From Phyllobates terribilis (lineage: Eukaryota), in contig NW_027362772.1 in the NCBI RefSeq assembly GCF_046119375.1, positions 314,650,001-314,714,000 of the forward strand: DNA of 64,000 bases. Reading direction: 5' to 3'. The position numbers and the translations under genes are program-made. Positions 1 through 10,295 of the stretch are shown piece after piece (within the stretch, counting starts at the first letter, position 1; each line of letters begins with the position of its first letter). The notes below the pieces were generated by a model that searched no databases, was not told the origin of the DNA, and worked only from the letters and a program-made list of their open reading frames with translations.

Positions 1-702
1 GAGATACTAGCTCGGCTGAAGGACACCTTTGATACCCGTACCTCAGCCGAGATCAAGCTTCGATTCTACGGGTGCAAGCAGCGAGCACATGAGAATATAA
101 GGGACTATGCGCTAAACCTACAAGAGGCCCTGAGAGCCATTAAGCAGGCCGACCCTGACGGCGTGGGAAACGAAGACAAACTGTTGACTGAACAATTTAT
201 AGAGGGTCTACATTGTAATGCCCACCGAACCCAGTTGCGGGCCATGGCCTTACAGGACCCTCATCTGGACTTTGCACAGTTCAAGGACAGAGCCATCCGG
301 GTGCTCCGAGAACCGGCACCAGGTGGCGCTGTGACCCACAAACGCCCTGCTACCACTTACCACCAGGAGACGGCGCCCTTGTCGGCAGGGCCTGTGGGAG
401 CTGATGCGCAGGCTTTAAACAATGACCTGGCTACAGACCTGCACCATCAGGTCCAAGAGCTAACTAAAAGCGTTGCCGCGCTAACCCGAACTGTGCAGTC
501 CTTACAGGTTTCTACTCCAGGGAAGATCCAGCTGGCTTCCGGACCGGAGGATATCCCGTGGCGCCGACCAAGGAGGACCCCACCGGCCAGAGGAAGACCC
601 AGCGACCGATACAACGAGGACGGACAACCCATCTGCCGCCGCTGCAATCAACCCGGACATATGGCAAGGTACTGTCCTTTAAACTGGCACAACCTGGGGT
701 AG
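1..702 (+). CDS. gag: Gag C-terminal part (5'-partial)
   Basis: Frame 1 open from base 1 (EILARLKDTF...KQRAHENIRDYALNLQ...EQFIEGL) to TAG at 700-702; ends with CRRCNQPGHMARYC (CX2CX4HX4C). Confidence 0.92.
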   Translation, partial: EILARLKDTFDTRTSAEIKLRFYGCKQRAHENIRDYALNLQEALRAIKQADPDGVGNEDKLLTEQFIEGLHCNAHRTQLRAMALQDPHLDFAQFKDRAIRVLREPAPGGAVTHKRPATTYHQETAPLSAGPVGADAQALNNDLATDLHHQVQELTKSVAALTRTVQSLQVSTPGKIQLASGPEDIPWRRPRRTPPARGRPSDRYNEDGQPICRRCNQPGHMARYCPLNWHNLG

Positions 703-3700
703 AGGGCCAACCCCTAGGAATAAGATCACCAGGCCCATCGAACTGGCGTGACAAATACGTGGGAGGACGTCCAGTCTTGCCTGTGGTACTGGATGGCATT
801 CCTATGAGTGCCCTACTTGACACCGGGTCACAGGTCACCACCATCCCGTACTTGCTCTTCAAGCAGTACTGGAATGACTCGGATATAACCCGCTACCCAG
901 ACGACGACTTGAGTATCATCGCCAGCAATGGTCAGCCCGTGCCACAGATCGGATTTAAAGAGATGACCATTAAAATCGGTAAAGTCGAACTGGCAGCACA
1001 GGGACTGATCATTGTAGACATTGACAAGCGCGAGAGTCACCCAAAGATAACTCTAGGAACTAATGTGATTGAAAATTGTCTTGCGGAGGTGATTCTCATT
1101 TTACAGCAGGTTGCCAAGAATGCCAGCTCCGGCCAGCAGCGAGTGCTCCAAAAAGAGATCCGGGCACTGATGCGACGGCAACAAGTGGAACTCTCCGGTG
1201 GTGAGATAGGTAGCGTGAGAATGTGTGACCCGTTCCCTATTGCAATGCCCCCAAAAAATGAAATGATGATTTGGTGCCGGGCAGCTATTGGTCTCAGAGG
1301 TAGAGACTACCAAGCAATGGTAGAACCCGTCTACTCAGACAGTAGGCCCACCATTTTGACAGCACGGGGGGTGGTTGATGTACGCCATGGGAGGGTGCCC
1401 GTTCGCATAATAAATATCGGGAAGAGGGAAGTGTACCTGCCCCGGTATGCTACGCTAGCCAAATTGTATACCATCAACCAAAATTCTGTACAGTCCGTGG
1501 AACCCTTGCCTCCATCTCATCCAGAGGAAGGTAACGGCTCTAAGCAACAAATGGAGGACTGGTGTCAGCAACTACATTTGGGTACTGACTCCACTCCCTC
1601 ACACCAGAAACAGGGAGTCTATCGGGTGGTTCGAGAGTACGAGAGAGTGTTTAGTAAACACCCGCTAGACTTCGGGCGAGTAAAGGGGGTAGAACACCAC
1701 ATCCCCACGGGAAACCATCCTCCCATAAAGGAGAGATACCGACCCGTACCCCCTGCACACTACCAACACGCCAAGGGGATGCTTAGAGACATGAAGGAGG
1801 CTGGGGTAATCAGGGATAGCTGTAGCCCCTGGGCAGCTCCACTAGTCTTGGTTAAAAAGAAAGACTACACTATGAGAATGTGTGTAGATTACCGGAAAAT
1901 CAACCGTATCACACACAAAGATGCATACCCCTTACCAAGGATAGAGGAGTCTTTGGCTGCTTTAAAATCTGCTAACTTCTTCTCCACTTTGGATCTCACT
2001 AGCGGGTACTGGCAGGTTCCTGTAGCAGAGGCGGACCGGGAGAAGACCGCATTCACCACCCCGATGGGACTTAGCGAGTTTACCTGCATGCCGTTCGGAC
2101 TCTGCAACGCACCAGGAACCTTCCAACGATTGATGGAATGCTGTCTGGGACACCGGAACTTTGAGACGGTCCTGCTGTACCTGGACGATGTTATAGTTTA
2201 TTCCAAAACCTACGAGGACCACCTGAAACACCTGGCGGAGGTGTTTGAAGCCCTGGCAAACTATGGTCTGAAGGTGAAACCGTCGAAGTGTCACCTGCTA
2301 AAACCAAAAGTGCAGTACCTGGGACACGTGGTGAGTGCTGACGGAGTGGCCCCCGACCCTGATAAGATCACCGCGATTAAGGAATGGCCAAGACCCTCCA
2401 GCGTAAAGGAAGTGCGGCAGTTCCTCGGGTTGGTAGGCTACAACCGAAGATTCATTCCCGGTTTCACCAAAAAGGCAGCTCCTATGCAGGACCTCCTGAT
2501 AGGCCAGTCCAGGAAGGCCAAGAACCAGAAGCCGCCCTTCAGATGGGAGAAGCTGGAAGAAGAGTCCTTCCGCCAGCTGAAGATGGCCCTCACGGGGGAT
2601 GAAATCCTGGCGTACCCTGATTACAGCCAGCCCTTTATCCTCCACACCGACGCAAGTGACATCGGGCTGGGAGCCGTACTGTCCCAGATCCAGCAGGGGA
2701 GAGAACGGGTAATTGCTTACGCCAGCCGAAAACTGCGACCCACCGAAAGAAACCCTGAGAATAACAGCTCATTCAAGCTAGAGTTCCTGGCAGTGGTGTG
2801 GGCAGTCACCGAACGCTTTAAGCACTACCTAGCCTCTTCCCGGTTCACCGTGTACACGGATAACAACCCGTTGACACACCTGGACACTGCAAGACTCGGT
2901 GCCCTGGAGCAGAGATGGATGGCCCGCCTGTCCAACTATGAGTTCACGATCAAATACCGGGCAGGACGCTCCAATACCAACGCGGATGCCTTGTCCAGAA
3001 TGCCAAACCTACCGGACGTAGGGGAAGATCCAGGGGAACTGGAAGAAGTTGAACTCCCCGCGTTTCACCGTCATGGGACTACCCAGTATTCCCACCGTGT
3101 AAGGGGTAAGCAATCCGCTACGTTCAACCCCTTACCTCATTACAACTGGGCAGAAACGCAAGACAGTGACCCCGCCGTCCGACTGGTGAAGGAGATGCTG
3201 ACTCAGCCAGATGCCCGCCTTGACCCAGACGCTCCGGAGGAGACCAAGCAACTGTGGGCTGAGAAGAGTCGACTGTTCCTTTACAAGGGGAAGTTGTGCC
3301 GCAGAATGGTTAACTCCCGGACGCATGAACTGGTCTGGCAAGTAGTGGTGCCAAGAACAGACGCGGCAATGGTACTGGAGGCATACCACGACGGAGCTGG
3401 GCACTTCGGATGGAAGAAGCTGGAGTTCCTGCTGCGCGGGCGGTTCCACTGGGTAGGCATGAGAGGAACCATCGAGAGGTGGTGCAGAGACTGTGGCCCA
3501 TGCAACCTAAGAAGGAAGGACCGTGCCAGCCAGAAGGCTCCCCTGCAGTCCATCGTCACCAGGCAGCCGTTGGAACTGGTAGCCTTGGACCATGTAAAAC
3601 TGACCCCCAGCAGAAGTGGCTACGTCTATGCGTTAACCATCGTGGATCACTACTCCCGGTTCTTGGTTGTAGTCCCCGTCAAGGACTTAACGGCTCAAAC

Positions 3701-4814
3701 AGCAGCTAGAGCCTTCCAGCAGCACTTCTGCCGTCCACACGGATACCCAGAGCAGGTGCTGACGGACCAAGGACCTGCCTTTGAAGCGGAAGACTTCCAG
3801 GAGTTCTGCACTCTGTATGGCTGCCGGAAGATAAGAACAACACCCTATCATCCGCAAACCAATGGACTCTGCGAGAAGATGAACCAGGTGGTGATAGACC
3901 TTCTGGAAACATTGCCCCTGGAAGAACGCAGTCTGTGGCCTGAGAAACTGCCTGATCTGGTGGACCTATACAACCACATCCCTGTAGGTTCTACCAACTG
4001 TACCCCGGCTTACCTAATGAGAGCAAGACCTGGTAAGCTGCCTGTTGATCTGGATATGGGAGTCCTGACACCCGAGGACACTTCACCAGAAGCAGACTGG
4101 GACACAGAGAGGCAGCAGCAGTACCGGAAAGTACAGGAGAGTGTTGAGCGAAGTCTCTGTCAAGCAAGAGAAAGACAGGAGAAGACTTACAACCAGCATG
4201 CTCCCGCTGTTCCCCTGGTACCTGGAGAGCAGGTCTTGAAGAGGAAAAGACGGCTCCACAAGTTGGACGACCAGTGGGAGAAGGACCCGTACACCGTACT
4301 GCCATCAAGCCATGAAAACCCAAAAATCTGCACAATCAGTAAGGATGGAGGAGAAACCACAGCCATTGTCTCCCGAGATCACCTGAAGAAGTGTCCCGAG
4401 CAACTACGAAACCCTGAAGAAGATCAAGAAAACACTCGACCCGCAGAGGAAAGGGAAGAGATGGTCAGTACTGTACTCGGAGACTTCCCTCGGTCTTGGA
4501 CACAAGTAAATGGCGCTGTTGTGGTACCCGTCCTCACCTTCCTCCAGCCAGCATCCCAAGTGCCTACGGAAAAACAGGTAGAGCTGGAAGAGCAACCGGT
4601 CCAGGAGGCAGAAGACCCCACACAAGCAGACCAGGAGAATCGACCCTCTGCTTATAGTGAGCCTGCCGTGCCCCTAGTGAGCCAAAGAGTCCGTAGACAG
4701 CTGCCCAGCTTACCTTTGACAGCTCCTACACCCTGTAGCTCAGGACCGGTCAGTAAGCTCCGTAGGTCTACTAGGGCCACTAGAGGCCAGTTGCCCGTAC
4801 GTTGGAGGATCTAA
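558..4814 (+). CDS. pol: Pol polyprotein (protease, RT, RNase H, integrase), probably entered by -1 frameshift near 678-684
   Basis: LLDTGSQ protease; LDLTSGYWQ, MPFGLCNAPGTFQR and YLDD in RT; TDASDIG RNase H; HDGAGHFG...CRDCGPC Zn site; ALDH/TDQG/E integrase core; no internal stops. Confidence 0.96.
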   Translation: MAPTKEDPTGQRKTQRPIQRGRTTHLPPLQSTRTYGKVLSFKLAQPGVEGQPLGIRSPGPSNWRDKYVGGRPVLPVVLDGIPMSALLDTGSQVTTIPYLLFKQYWNDSDITRYPDDDLSIIASNGQPVPQIGFKEMTIKIGKVELAAQGLIIVDIDKRESHPKITLGTNVIENCLAEVILILQQVAKNASSGQQRVLQKEIRALMRRQQVELSGGEIGSVRMCDPFPIAMPPKNEMMIWCRAAIGLRGRDYQAMVEPVYSDSRPTILTARGVVDVRHGRVPVRIINIGKREVYLPRYATLAKLYTINQNSVQSVEPLPPSHPEEGNGSKQQMEDWCQQLHLGTDSTPSHQKQGVYRVVREYERVFSKHPLDFGRVKGVEHHIPTGNHPPIKERYRPVPPAHYQHAKGMLRDMKEAGVIRDSCSPWAAPLVLVKKKDYTMRMCVDYRKINRITHKDAYPLPRIEESLAALKSANFFSTLDLTSGYWQVPVAEADREKTAFTTPMGLSEFTCMPFGLCNAPGTFQRLMECCLGHRNFETVLLYLDDVIVYSKTYEDHLKHLAEVFEALANYGLKVKPSKCHLLKPKVQYLGHVVSADGVAPDPDKITAIKEWPRPSSVKEVRQFLGLVGYNRRFIPGFTKKAAPMQDLLIGQSRKAKNQKPPFRWEKLEEESFRQLKMALTGDEILAYPDYSQPFILHTDASDIGLGAVLSQIQQGRERVIAYASRKLRPTERNPENNSSFKLEFLAVVWAVTERFKHYLASSRFTVYTDNNPLTHLDTARLGALEQRWMARLSNYEFTIKYRAGRSNTNADALSRMPNLPDVGEDPGELEEVELPAFHRHGTTQYSHRVRGKQSATFNPLPHYNWAETQDSDPAVRLVKEMLTQPDARLDPDAPEETKQLWAEKSRLFLYKGKLCRRMVNSRTHELVWQVVVPRTDAAMVLEAYHDGAGHFGWKKLEFLLRGRFHWVGMRGTIERWCRDCGPCNLRRKDRASQKAPLQSIVTRQPLELVALDHVKLTPSRSGYVYALTIVDHYSRFLVVVPVKDLTAQTAARAFQQHFCRPHGYPEQVLTDQGPAFEAEDFQEFCTLYGCRKIRTTPYHPQTNGLCEKMNQVVIDLLETLPLEERSLWPEKLPDLVDLYNHIPVGSTNCTPAYLMRARPGKLPVDLDMGVLTPEDTSPEADWDTERQQQYRKVQESVERSLCQARERQEKTYNQHAPAVPLVPGEQVLKRKRRLHKLDDQWEKDPYTVLPSSHENPKICTISKDGGETTAIVSRDHLKKCPEQLRNPEEDQENTRPAEEREEMVSTVLGDFPRSWTQVNGAVVVPVLTFLQPASQVPTEKQVELEEQPVQEAEDPTQADQENRPSAYSEPAVPLVSQRVRRQLPSLPLTAPTPCSSGPVSKLRRSTRATRGQLPVRWRI
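678..736 (+). promoter_or_regulatory. -1 programmed ribosomal frameshift signal (slippery heptamer plus predicted pseudoknot)
   Basis: T TTA AAC at 678-684 in gag phase; stem CCTGGGGT(693-700)/ACCCCTAGG(710-718); loop GGGCC(704-708) complementary to GGCCC(732-736); pol is -1 to gag. Confidence 0.8.
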
Positions 4815-5181
4815 AGTGTTCAGACTGTTTTATTGGTATTTACCTGTTTACTGTTGCTTGTAAATAATTATGTTTTTTCTAGTTATTTTATAGGTGTCTT
4901 TTGTGGATTAACCGGAACTCTGTTGTATATATGTTTGGAGCGTAACCCAGGAACGGACTAAAGACTGTTAAAGACTCGGGGCAGAACAGACCCCTACCTG
5001 GTTACGGCTCCCTGTTCTTTGGTGAAATGGACACCCTTTTTGCTTCAAAAATTGCACCCGGTTGCGGACACGCCGTGACCACCCTAATGTGTTTTTCCTT
5101 ATTGTATTGCTCCTGTTTATACCCTGTTATGTTTTCAAAAATATGTTTAGTCCCGGAGTACTAAATTTTACTAGGGGGGAA

Positions 5182-6218
5182 TGTGGAACCCCAGGGGTCT
5201 GGTTACCACAGTAATAGCAATATTACGTCTGTGAGCAGGTGGGAGGTCTCCTGGTCAGGAATCCTAAGCATGCAACATCTCCTGCCCAGTCCTGGGAGGG
5301 GAAGAACTTCCCCTATATAAACTGGGGCTGAGGCGGGGTTAGGGAGAAGAAGAGGAGTCCCAGACAGAGACACAGTCTGGTCTGGAGTGGAGCTGATACA
5401 GGGAGAGCAAGATCAGGAGCTCTGTGGGAGCAGTGATAAAAGGGGTCAGAGACTGGAAGCTGTAGAGCTCGTCCTGACTGAAGAGATCTCACCGGACACG
5501 GAGTCCGAGGCTGTGGGGACTGAGCCATACCCAGCAGCAGAAACCGACCGGCAGGGGATTTCAGGTCCTCTGGCCAAGAAACCCGAAGGCACGGTCACAC
5601 GCAAGGGACCAGCACCGCTGTCGTGGAGCGGAGGCTACCAGAAGGCCCTGAGTCACCGGCCATACGGGTGAGCACCACACGGTACACTCAGGGACGTGGG
5701 CTACTTTTACCCGCTTCTAGCAAGGTAGCCAGGAAGAGTACAATTAGTGGGGAGGCCTACAACTCCACCTGGCCAGGGGAGATCCTATCTGCTCACGGAC
5801 TGACCAGGCCCCGATCGCTAGCCAGTACTCCCGGGAGGGTCTACCTTTGCCACCAGTAAAGACCCTGAACTACACCGCACCGTCTCTGAGTGGTTCCTGG
5901 TGCCTGCGAGCAATTCTACTATCCCCATCATCCATGTCCGCTGCCCTGAGGCCATACCCCTCCCGTTGGGGGTTATACTATCCACGCTGCACAACCGTAC
6001 CACCGGCCTCAGCGGTCTGCCCTGCAGCGGCGGTTTCATAACCGCATTCAACGGGTGGCGTAGTCGAACACTATAACATCTTATACTAAACTCCGCCGCT
6101 TAGTTTGACACCCTGGGCACGGACCGGGTCACCGCCACGAGGACTACTATCCCCAGCAGATCCGGCTCCGGGTATCCCCCTGCGCAGCAGAAGCAGCACA
6201 GGCCCAGGGGGTGCGTCA
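5182..6218 (+). repeat. 3' LTR of autonomous Gypsy (1037 bp)
   Basis: Starts TGT directly after PPT; TATATAAA 5314-5321; AGTAAA 5855-5860 (possible polyA signal variant); ends GGGGGTGCGTCA like the other LTRs, then satellite begins. Confidence 0.9.
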
Positions 6219-8794
6219 CAGGCACGTGGAGGCCACACACAATACTCAGCCTCATCAGGAGCATGCCCAGGCGTTGTAGGGAGGTCATACAGGCACGTGG
6301 AGGCCACACACAATACTCAGCCTCATCAGGAGCATGCCCAGGCGTTGTAGGGAGGTCATACAGGCACGTGGAGGCCACACACAATACTCAGCCTCATCAG
6401 GAGCATGCCCAGGCATTGTAGGGAGGTCATACAGGCACATGGAGGCCACACACAATACTGAGCCTCATCAGGAGCATGCCCAGGCGTTGTAGGGAGGTCA
6501 TACAGGCACATGGAGGCCACACACAATACTCAGCCTCATCAGGAGCATGTCCAGGCGTTGTAGGGAGATCATACAGGCAGGTGGAGGCCACACACAATAC
6601 TCATCCTCATCAGGAGCATGCCCAGGCGTTGTAGGGAGGTCATACAGGCACGTGGAGGCCACACACAAGACTCAGCCTCATCAGGAGCATGCCCAGGCGT
6701 TGTAGGGAGGCCATACAGGCACGTGGAGGCCACACACAATACTCAGCCTCATCAGGAGCATGCCCAGGCGTTGTAGGGAGGCCATACAGGCACGTGGAGG
6801 CCACACACAATACTCAGCCTCATCAGGAGCATGCCCAGGCGTTGTAGGGAGGTCATACAGGCACATGGAGGCCACACACAGTACTCTGCCTCATCAGGAG
6901 CATGCCCAGGCATTGAAGGGAGGTCATACAGGCACGTGGAGGCCACACACAATACTCAGCCTCATCAGGAGCATGCCCAGGCGTTGTAGGGAGGTCATAC
7001 AGGCACGGGGAGGCCACACACAATACTCAGCCTCATCAGGAGCATGCCCAGGCGTTGTAGGGAGATCATACAGGCAGGTGGAGGCCACACACAATACTCA
7101 GCCTCATCAGGAGCATGCCCAGGAGTTGTAGGGAGGTCATACAGGCACGTGGAGGCCACACAATACTGAGCCTCATCAGGAGCATGCCCAGGCGTTGTAG
7201 GGAGGTCATACAGGCACGTGGAGGCCACACACAATACTCAGCCTCATCAGGAGCATGCCCAGGCATTGTAGGGAGGTCATACAGGCACGTGGAGGCCACA
7301 CACAATACTGAGCCTCATCAGGAGCATGCCTAGGCGTTGTAGGGAGGTCATACAGGCACGTGGAGGCCACACACAATACTCAGCCTCATCAGGAGCATGC
7401 CCAGGCGTTGTAAGGAGGTCATACAGGCACGTGGAAGCCACACACAATACTCAGCCTCATCAGGAGCATGCCCAGGCGTTGTAGGGAGGTCATACCGGCA
7501 CATGGAGGCCACACACAATACTCAGCCTCATCAGGAGTATGCCCAGGCGTTGTAGGGAGGTCATACAGGCACGTGGAGGCCACACACAATACTCAGCCTC
7601 ATCAGGAGCATGCCCAGGCGTAGTAGGGAGGTCATACAGGCACGTGGAGGCCACACACAATACGCAGCCTCATCAGGAGCATGCCCAGGCGTTGTAGGGA
7701 GGTCATACAGGCACGTGGAGGCCACACACAATATTCAGCCTCATCAGGAGCATGCCCAGGCGTTGTAGGGAGGTCATACAGGCACGTGGAGGCCACACAC
7801 AATGCTCAGCCTCTTCAGGAGCATGCCCAGGCGTTGTAGGGAGGTCATACAGGCACGTGGAGGCCACACACAATGCTCAGCCTCTTCAGGAGCATGCCCA
7901 GGTGTTGTAGGGAGGTCATACAGGCACGTGGAGGCCACACACAATACTCAGCCTCATCAGGAGCATGCCCAGGCATTGTAGGGAGGTCATACAGACACGT
8001 GGAGGCCACACACAATACTCAGCCTCATCAGGAGCATGCCCAGGCGTTGTAGGGAGGTCATACAGGCACGTGGAGGCCACATACAATACTCAGCCTCATC
8101 AGGAGCATGCCCAGGCACTGTAGGGAGGTCATACAGGCACGTGGAGGCCACACACAATACTCAGCCTCATCAGGAGCATGCCCAGGCGTTGTAGGGAGGT
8201 CATACAGCCACGTGGAGGCCACACACACAATACTCAGCCTCATCAGGAGCATGCCCAGGTGTTGTAGGGAGGTCATACAGGCACGTGGAGGCCACACACA
8301 ATACTCAGCCTCATCAGGAGCATGCCCAGGCGTTGTAGGGAGGTCATACAGGCATGTGGAGGCCACACACAATACTCAGCCTCATCAGGAGCATGCCCAG
8401 GCATTGTAGGGAAGTCATACAGGCACGTGGAGGCCACACACAATACTCAGCCTCATCAGGAGCATGCCCAGGCATTGTAGGGAAGTCATACAGGCACGTG
8501 GAGGCCACACACAATACTCAGCCTCATCAGGAGCATGCCCAGGCGTTGTAGGGAGGTCATACAGGCACGTGGAGGCCACACACAATACTCAGCCTCATCA
8601 GGAGCATGCCCAGGCGTTGTAGGGAGGTCATACAGGCACGTGGAACCACACACAATACTCAGCCTCATCAGGAGCATGCCCAGGCGTTGTAGGGAGGTCA
8701 TACAGGCACATGGAGGCCACACACAATACTCAGCCTCATCAGAAGCATGCCCAGGCATTGTAGGGAGGTCATACAGGCACGTGGAGGCCACGCA
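6219..8794 (+). repeat. 71-bp satellite derived from a Tc1 transposase 3' end (~36 units)
   Basis: Unit CAGCCTCATCAGGAGCATGCCCAGGCGTTGTAGGGAGGTCATACAGGCACGTGGAGGCCACACACAATACT; encodes LIRSMPRRCREVIQARGGHTQY, identical to the end of the transposase at ~62970-63040. Confidence 0.95.
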
Positions 8795-10039
8795 TGTAGC
8801 ACCCTGAGGACTCGGCTGCTACAGGGGTATTGCACCTCAAACCAGAAGTGTGGTATTCCACTCCCGGGTAAGGATGGAGTGTGGGACTGAGCTCAGTAGG
8901 CTGCATGCACTACATACATCCCATTTCCGGGGGACAGAACTACGGTACTCCCACCAGTTAAATGTGCAGGTACGACAGCGTCTGTCCCTGGCTGGAGTGG
9001 GAGGGGGGGTGGAACATCCCAGTAGTGTAGGGGCAGATAGGGGGAGTACTCTGGGTAAAGCTAGGAGCCCATTGGGTGCTGGTCACCTGGGCTCACACAT
9101 AGAGGGAGTATATAAGGTGGGCATCATCTAGAGATAGGGTCTTTTTAGTCAAGTTCAGCCTGAGGAGAAGCAGAGCAGAGGAGCTCAGCCAGGAGGGCTG
9201 ACAGGGAGCTGTGGCTCCGGCTGGGCCCAGCTCCAGGGCCAAGCATGAAGAAAGAGGAGGAAGAAGGACCCAGGGAGGCAGAGCCAGAGGGAACCCTAAG
9301 ATCCCAGAATCAGACCAAAAAGGGTGAAGGGTTGGCAGAAAAGCGCACCGGATCCCAAGCTGGCGGAGGCAAAAGTAACCCTTAGCCAGGAACCGGAGGT
9401 CGTGGGCAAGCTTTGCCACGACCCTCACCACATCCACCAGGAAGGTACACCAAGAGTAGGGTCAGGAAAGCCAGAGAAGGTTTTGCCATCAGAAGGCCCA
9501 AGGGAACCGGACAAAGGTGGATCCCTGGTGGGGACGGCCAGCAGAAAGAGAGAGAGAGGGGAGCTCAGGACCACGCTCCGGAACTGCCTGGGGGTTAGCC
9601 GAGCCCCGCACCTGGTGGACGCAGCACGGCTCGGGTGGTCACTCAAGGCCAGAGTGACTAAAGCAACATCAGTGAGTAAAAACCCTGAAACTGCATCCCA
9701 CGTCTCTGTGCCTCCTTACCGCACCATCACAACCTCCATCATCTACTCCTGCTGCCCTGAGGCCATACCCCTCCCGTTGGGGGTTATACCATCCCTGCTG
9801 CACCCATACCACCGGCCTCAGCGGACTGTTTTGCAGCGGCGGCCTTGTGACCGCAAATCAACGGGTGGCGTAGTCGACACACATTCTAACATCTACTGCT
9901 AATAGACTCGCCGCTTAGTTTGACTCCCTGGGCACGGACCGGGTCACCGCCACGAGACTACTACCCCCATCTGATCCGGCTCCGGGTAAGCCCCCGTGCG
10001 CGCGATGCCGCACGACACAGAAGGCCCAGGGGCGCGTCA
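8795..10039 (+). repeat. 5' LTR of element A
   Basis: TGT...TCA; ATTGG 9071-9075; TATATAA 9109-9115; AGTAAA 9675-9680; direct repeat of 12403-13647. Confidence 0.95.
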
Positions 10040-10043
10040 ACTT

Positions 10044-10061
10044 TGGCGTAGTCGGCAGGAT
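10044..10061 (+). promoter_or_regulatory. Primer-binding site for tRNA-Ser (element A)
   Basis: TGGCGTAGTCGGCAGGAT, 4 nt after the LTR; reverse complement of the 3' 18 nt of vertebrate tRNA-Ser (..AUCCUGCCGACUACGCCA), from recalled tRNA sequence. Confidence 0.9.
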
Positions 10062-10295
10062 CTCGTGCCCGCAACCACCGGGTACTGCGTGCCTGAAGAA
10101 AAGTTTATCTGTACCGTAAAAAGAAGTCTCCCGCCAATTCCGGAGGGTCCCCGCCATCGGACGTCGTCCGGAGTCGTTTCCCGCCGGTTGCCCGCCATCT
10201 GCAGTCTTTTCCCGCCATCCACAGAGTTTCCCGCCATTGGGAAGCGGTTCCCGCCATCTGAGACGATTTCCCGCCCTGGCAGAGCGGACGCCATT

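Larger units (their letters stand above)
1..6218 (+). mobile_element. Autonomous Ty3/Gypsy LTR retrotransposon (5' part outside window)
   Basis: gag with CCHC knuckle, 1418-aa pol ORF in PR-RT-RH-IN order, PPT AGGGGGGAA at 5173-5181, 3' LTR TGT...TCA 5182-6218. Confidence 0.96.

Noticed and set aside
5946-6066. HDV-like or hammerhead ribozyme in the structured LTR segment
   Set aside because: Strand order does not fit P1-P2-P3-P1.1-P4, and CTGAGGC is not a CUGANGA core; kept only as a generic structured element
6219-8794. Regular repeat array resembling CRISPR
   Set aside because: No unique spacers, eukaryotic context, and the unit is transposase-derived
6086-8807. Many short ORFs (MPRRCREVIQARGGHTQY..., MCVASTCLYDL...)
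   Set aside because: Translations of the 71-bp satellite; the frame cycles each unit and hits TAG in the third frame
9324-9902. 192-aa ORF duplicated at 12932-13510, and other ORFs inside LTRs
   Set aside because: Duplicated only because they lie in LTRs; not conserved in frame between LTR subfamilies
10044-10061. tRNA gene
   Set aside because: Only 18 nt complementary to a tRNA 3' end: a PBS, not a gene
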